A stretch of DNA of 64,000 bases. Source: Octopus vulgaris (lineage: Eukaryota). Shown piece by piece: positions 59,394-64,000 of this stretch. The DNA lies in the NCBI GenBank assembly GCA_951406725.2, contig OX597823.1:100130001-100194000 (forward strand). Direction: 5' to 3'. Each line of letters starts with the position of its first letter. The stretch's first letter is position 1. The notes beneath the pieces are model-generated. The model was not told where the DNA came from. It worked only from the letters and a program-made list of their open reading frames with translations, and ran no database searches. The translations under genes were made by a program, and so were the position numbers.

Positions 59394-60253
59394 TACATAC
59401 ATATGCAGATATACAAACATATAGATAAATATACATATATACATACACACACATACAATTAGTAAATCTTAGGGTAGCAAAAAAATCTAGAAAAATCCTT
59501 TGCTACCAGTGATCTAGCGAGAAGAAAAAATTAGTCAATAGACTATATATTATTCAAAGAAGAATACAGTGCACATTTAAACACATACACACATATGTAG
59601 TAAAACAACAGATATTAAGAATAACACCACAGAAAGAACCAAGTTTGATAAATATACCATTAGTTTAACTCTTCAGTGGGCAAAGAGAGTGTCTAAACGT
59701 TTCGGGCCTTAAACCTTTATTAGAAGAAAGGAAGAGAAGGAGGAGAAGCAGAGGGCGAGTGTGAATGAGAAACGAAAGCCGGTAACGGAGATGCTGCCGA
59801 AAGTGGAAAGGCGAAGTGTTTGAAAATTACTATTCTGTCCACATACTCTGCACTAACATACACATCATTCCCTCTTATATGCACAACCGATGACGACGAC
59901 GACGACGACGACGATGATGATGATGAATATCATCACCATCGTCGTCATCATCATCGTCATATTTTATTCATGCTGAAAAAGATAGAAAATGCCGAAGAAC
60001 TGAAAGCAAAGTAAGAGGGGAGAGTGTGGAGTATAAAGCACTCTGTGGTTAAATGCGGAAATGTATAAAGACAAAAATTTTAAAAAAACAGAAGCAATAA
60101 TCAGAACAACAACAACAACAACAATGATAATGATAATAGTAATGAATGTACAACAACAACAACAACAACAGATTAAAATGAAAATATGTTAGAAAAATCT
60201 GAATATACGAGTTGCCGAAAGGGGAAACGGCGCACTGAAGAGAGGAGATAAGA

Positions 60254-60307
<54 letters not shown>

Positions 60308-60469
60308 CAGCAGCAGTACTGCTACTGTTGTTAGGAGTAATAATGCCGAAGGAAGAAATGGAAGTTCCGGAAGCTATTGATAAACTAGAAGATACACTGC
60401 CCTCTGGGCGGCTTTCTAGTGCACGTTTATGTTTTATATACATATATTATACACACACACATATATATA

Positions 60470-60505
<36 letters not shown>

Positions 60506-60520
60506 ATACACACATACACA

Positions 60521-60561
<41 letters not shown>

Positions 60562-60565
<4 letters not shown>

Positions 60566-60672
60566 AATGAGATAGGGGTTGAAAATTCAACCCACCATGG
60601 GATAATATATATCCAATATACTGCCAGATTTCGTTCTTGAAAGGATGGACTTTGTGCAAACTTAACTGTATC

Positions 60673-60748
<76 letters not shown>

Positions 60749-61383
60749 AGTAATTTTTATTAACTTTTATAGCTTTAGAATTTTATGAACTGAACCATGG
60801 TTTTAATTATTATTTTTCATCTCCCTATGTGTTAGGTTTTTTTTAAAAAAAATATTAGCCAAATATGTATAATATCGGTACTTATTAATATTAATATATA
60901 CACTGATATATATTTTGTTTTATTTTGTTCTGTTTACCTTCCTTTATTGTACCAATGTGTATTATATTATATAAGTGTAGCATTATGATGTATAAGTTTT
61001 TATATTTTACATTTTTATATTTTTATATTTATATGTATATGATTATATAATATTTTTCACAATTATAACAAATTTAATTTAATTCTCTGAAGAGGCCGTG
61101 GGGCATCCTTGTTAATGCCTCATTTATACCTGCCTTTATGGCTTATAGGTTAAATGAGGTATGACTGCCCTCACTGCCGAAACAGCTGTCAGTTTTGATT
61201 AATTGCATATTATATTTGAAATTTTTTACTTATATCTCTTTATCTTTTTACTATTAATGTATATCTCTTTTTGTATAATGCCTCTACTCATATGTAATGG
61301 TGTATTAAAGTATTGATTGGGTATCATCGGATAGTTGATGTTTTATTGATTTAAGTATGTTTCTCCATTCTCTAATTTTGTAG
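60562..61383 (+). mobile_element. Penelope-like terminal-repeat-type AT-rich element in (TA)n, carrying a hammerhead
   Basis: Non-coding, bounded by (TA)n, with a ribozyme at 61081-61196. Confidence 0.45.
61081..61196 (+). ncRNA. Type I hammerhead ribozyme fold with ~85-nt stem II
   Basis: AATTCT-CTGAAGA-GGC.GTGGGGCA...ATGCCTCATTTA...TAAATGAGGTAT...TGCCCTCAC.GCC-GAAA-CAGCTG-TC-AGTTTT. The triplet is GUC, with cleavage after 61190. Stem I is partly mismatched. Confidence 0.7.
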
Positions 61384-61435
61384 TATATATATATATATAT
61401 ATTTATATATACAGAGAGAGAGACTGAGGGAAAGA

Positions 61436-61466
<31 letters not shown>

Positions 61467-61979
61467 GAAGCCATTATCGTTCCTACCGCAGTTACGTGCT
61501 AGGATTTTCAACTGCTAGAAATATCAAAAGAACTCAATTTCTTTGTAGACGACCTGAAGATTTATGCCAAAAAAGAACTGGAATTAATAACATTTTCAGC
61601 TGATACAGGCCAAAAGAAATGTTCATATTTGGCTAAAGAAGAGGGAAAGTCAGTCCCCCAAACCCAAAACCTGTGCATCAACGGTCTCTCTATCTTCTGC
61701 TACAATCGTGAATGTGTCGGTCTCACCCCTGAGTCCTGAGCCTTCAGTCTGTGTTGCAGCTTTTATTTGTCTATTTCCATCGTAATTAGTATTCCTTCCC
61801 CATCACCACCACCATACTACATGTTGGCCATGCCATCTAAGAGGATTTTCGTGCCGTCGTTTTACCGAAGCATTCTGTACTCTAAATTTTAGCATAGCTT
61901 TTTAGTTTGTTTTTTATTCCATAATTTCTTTTGTTATTTTGACTTTCCCATCGGAATCGTCATTCACTTCAACTTTTAT

Positions 61980-62460
61980 TCTGTAAGAGTTGTTAGAGAG
62001 TCGGACAAAATATCTAACGGCAATTAGTTACAGCCCTTTAAGTTCTGAGTTCAAATTCCGAGCTGGCAGAAACGTTAGCACGTCGGGCGAAATGCCTAGC
62101 GGCATTTCGTCTGCCGCAACGTTCTGAGTTCAAATTCCGCCGAGGTCGACTTTGCCTTTCATCCTTTCGGGGTCGATTAAATAAGTACCAGTTACTGGGG
62201 TCGATATAATCGACTTAATCCGTTTGTCTGTCCTTGTTTGTCCTCTGTGTTTAGCCCCTTGTGGATAGTAAAGAAATAGGTATTTCGTCTGCCGTTACGT
62301 TCTGAGTTCAAATTCCGCCGAGGTCGACTTTGCCTTTCATCCTTTCGGGGTCGATTAAATAAGTACCAGTTAATCACTGGGGTCGATGTAATCGACTTAA
62401 TCCCCTTGTCTGTCCTTGTTTGTTCCCTCTATGTTTGGCCCTCTGTGGGCAATAAAGAAA
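61980..62460 (+). mobile_element. Tandem/internally duplicated tRNA-derived SINE
   Basis: GTTCTGAGTTCAAATTCCGCCGAGGTCGACTTTGCCTTTCATCCTTTCGGGGTCGATTAAATAAGTACCAG is repeated at about 62120 and about 62300, with a partial third copy at about 62040. Confidence 0.8.
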
Positions 62461-62467
62461 TATAAAA

Positions 62468-62539
<72 letters not shown>

Positions 62540-62540
<1 letters not shown>

Positions 62541-62787
62541 TATGTTTGACTTTTGCATTATGTCTGTACAAGTTGGCTCCAAGTCTCACCCAGAGACCTC
62601 AAGAGACAACAGGTTGGAAGTTCACGTTGTTGTTATGCCTAGTGTGCCATATATTTGGGGTTTTTTTGGTGTTGTACTAGTGAATGTCTAATACATAGAT
62701 TTTTAAAAAAAGAAGTTTGTTTTAAACCTTGGGATTACATAGAGAGTATTTTGCGTAGGATATGAGCAGTTATTATTATTATTATTA

Positions 62788-62847
<60 letters not shown>

Positions 62848-63178
62848 GTTTGACTTTTGCTTTGCATTTGTACAAGTTGGCTCCAAGTCTCATCCAGAGA
62901 CCTCAAGAGACAACAAGTTAGAAGTTCATGCTGGTGTCATGCCTAGGGTGCCATATATTTGGTTTCGTACATAGTGTTGTTCTAGAGAATGTTTAAGAAA
63001 ACAAGAAAATTATGTGTTTGTTTCAAAATGTGAGATTACGTAGACAGTATTTTACGTTGGATATGGGCAGTTCCCATAAGCACTATCTTTTGAATTTCTG
63101 CCATTTTGGGGTTTCCTGGTATCTGAGCAAGGTAGCAATCAGCCCCTTTCGCTATCATTCCTAGGGCACCTATGACAC
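62540..63178 (-). mobile_element. Two stacked 3' ends of a second R4/Dong-type subfamily in (TAA)n
   Basis: VIGALGMIAKGADCYLAQIPGNPKMAEIQKIVLMGTAHIQRKILST* plus 3'UTR (62845-63178), and a related 3'UTR at 62540-62768. Each is bounded by (TAA)n. Confidence 0.8.
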
Positions 63179-63981
<803 letters not shown>

Positions 63982-64000
63982 TATTATTATTATTATTATT

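Overview
AT-rich, repeat-dominated eukaryotic DNA with many (TA)n, (CA)n, (TACA)n, (TAGA)n and (TAA)n microsatellites. The SINE and LINE repertoire suggests a cephalopod/Octopus-type mollusc (inference). Most ORFs in the track are microsatellite artefacts. Recognisable content: the 5' part of an L1/Tx1-type LINE, a GC-rich RTE LINE, many R4/Dong-type restriction-endonuclease LINE pieces (the youngest sitting in (TAA)n), a CR1-like relic, two mariners, MITEs, a non-autonomous Helitron array, several SINE families and one candidate host exon (18572-18674). The most striking signal is non-coding. At least six type I hammerhead-ribozyme folds lie in short elements embedded in (TA)n. Two of them sit in an apparently identical head-to-tail 588-bp repeat of about 2.16 units (57502-58772), which looks like a retrozyme/Penelope-related element copied from a circular RNA. 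All coordinates were read by eye; relic boundaries are approximate.
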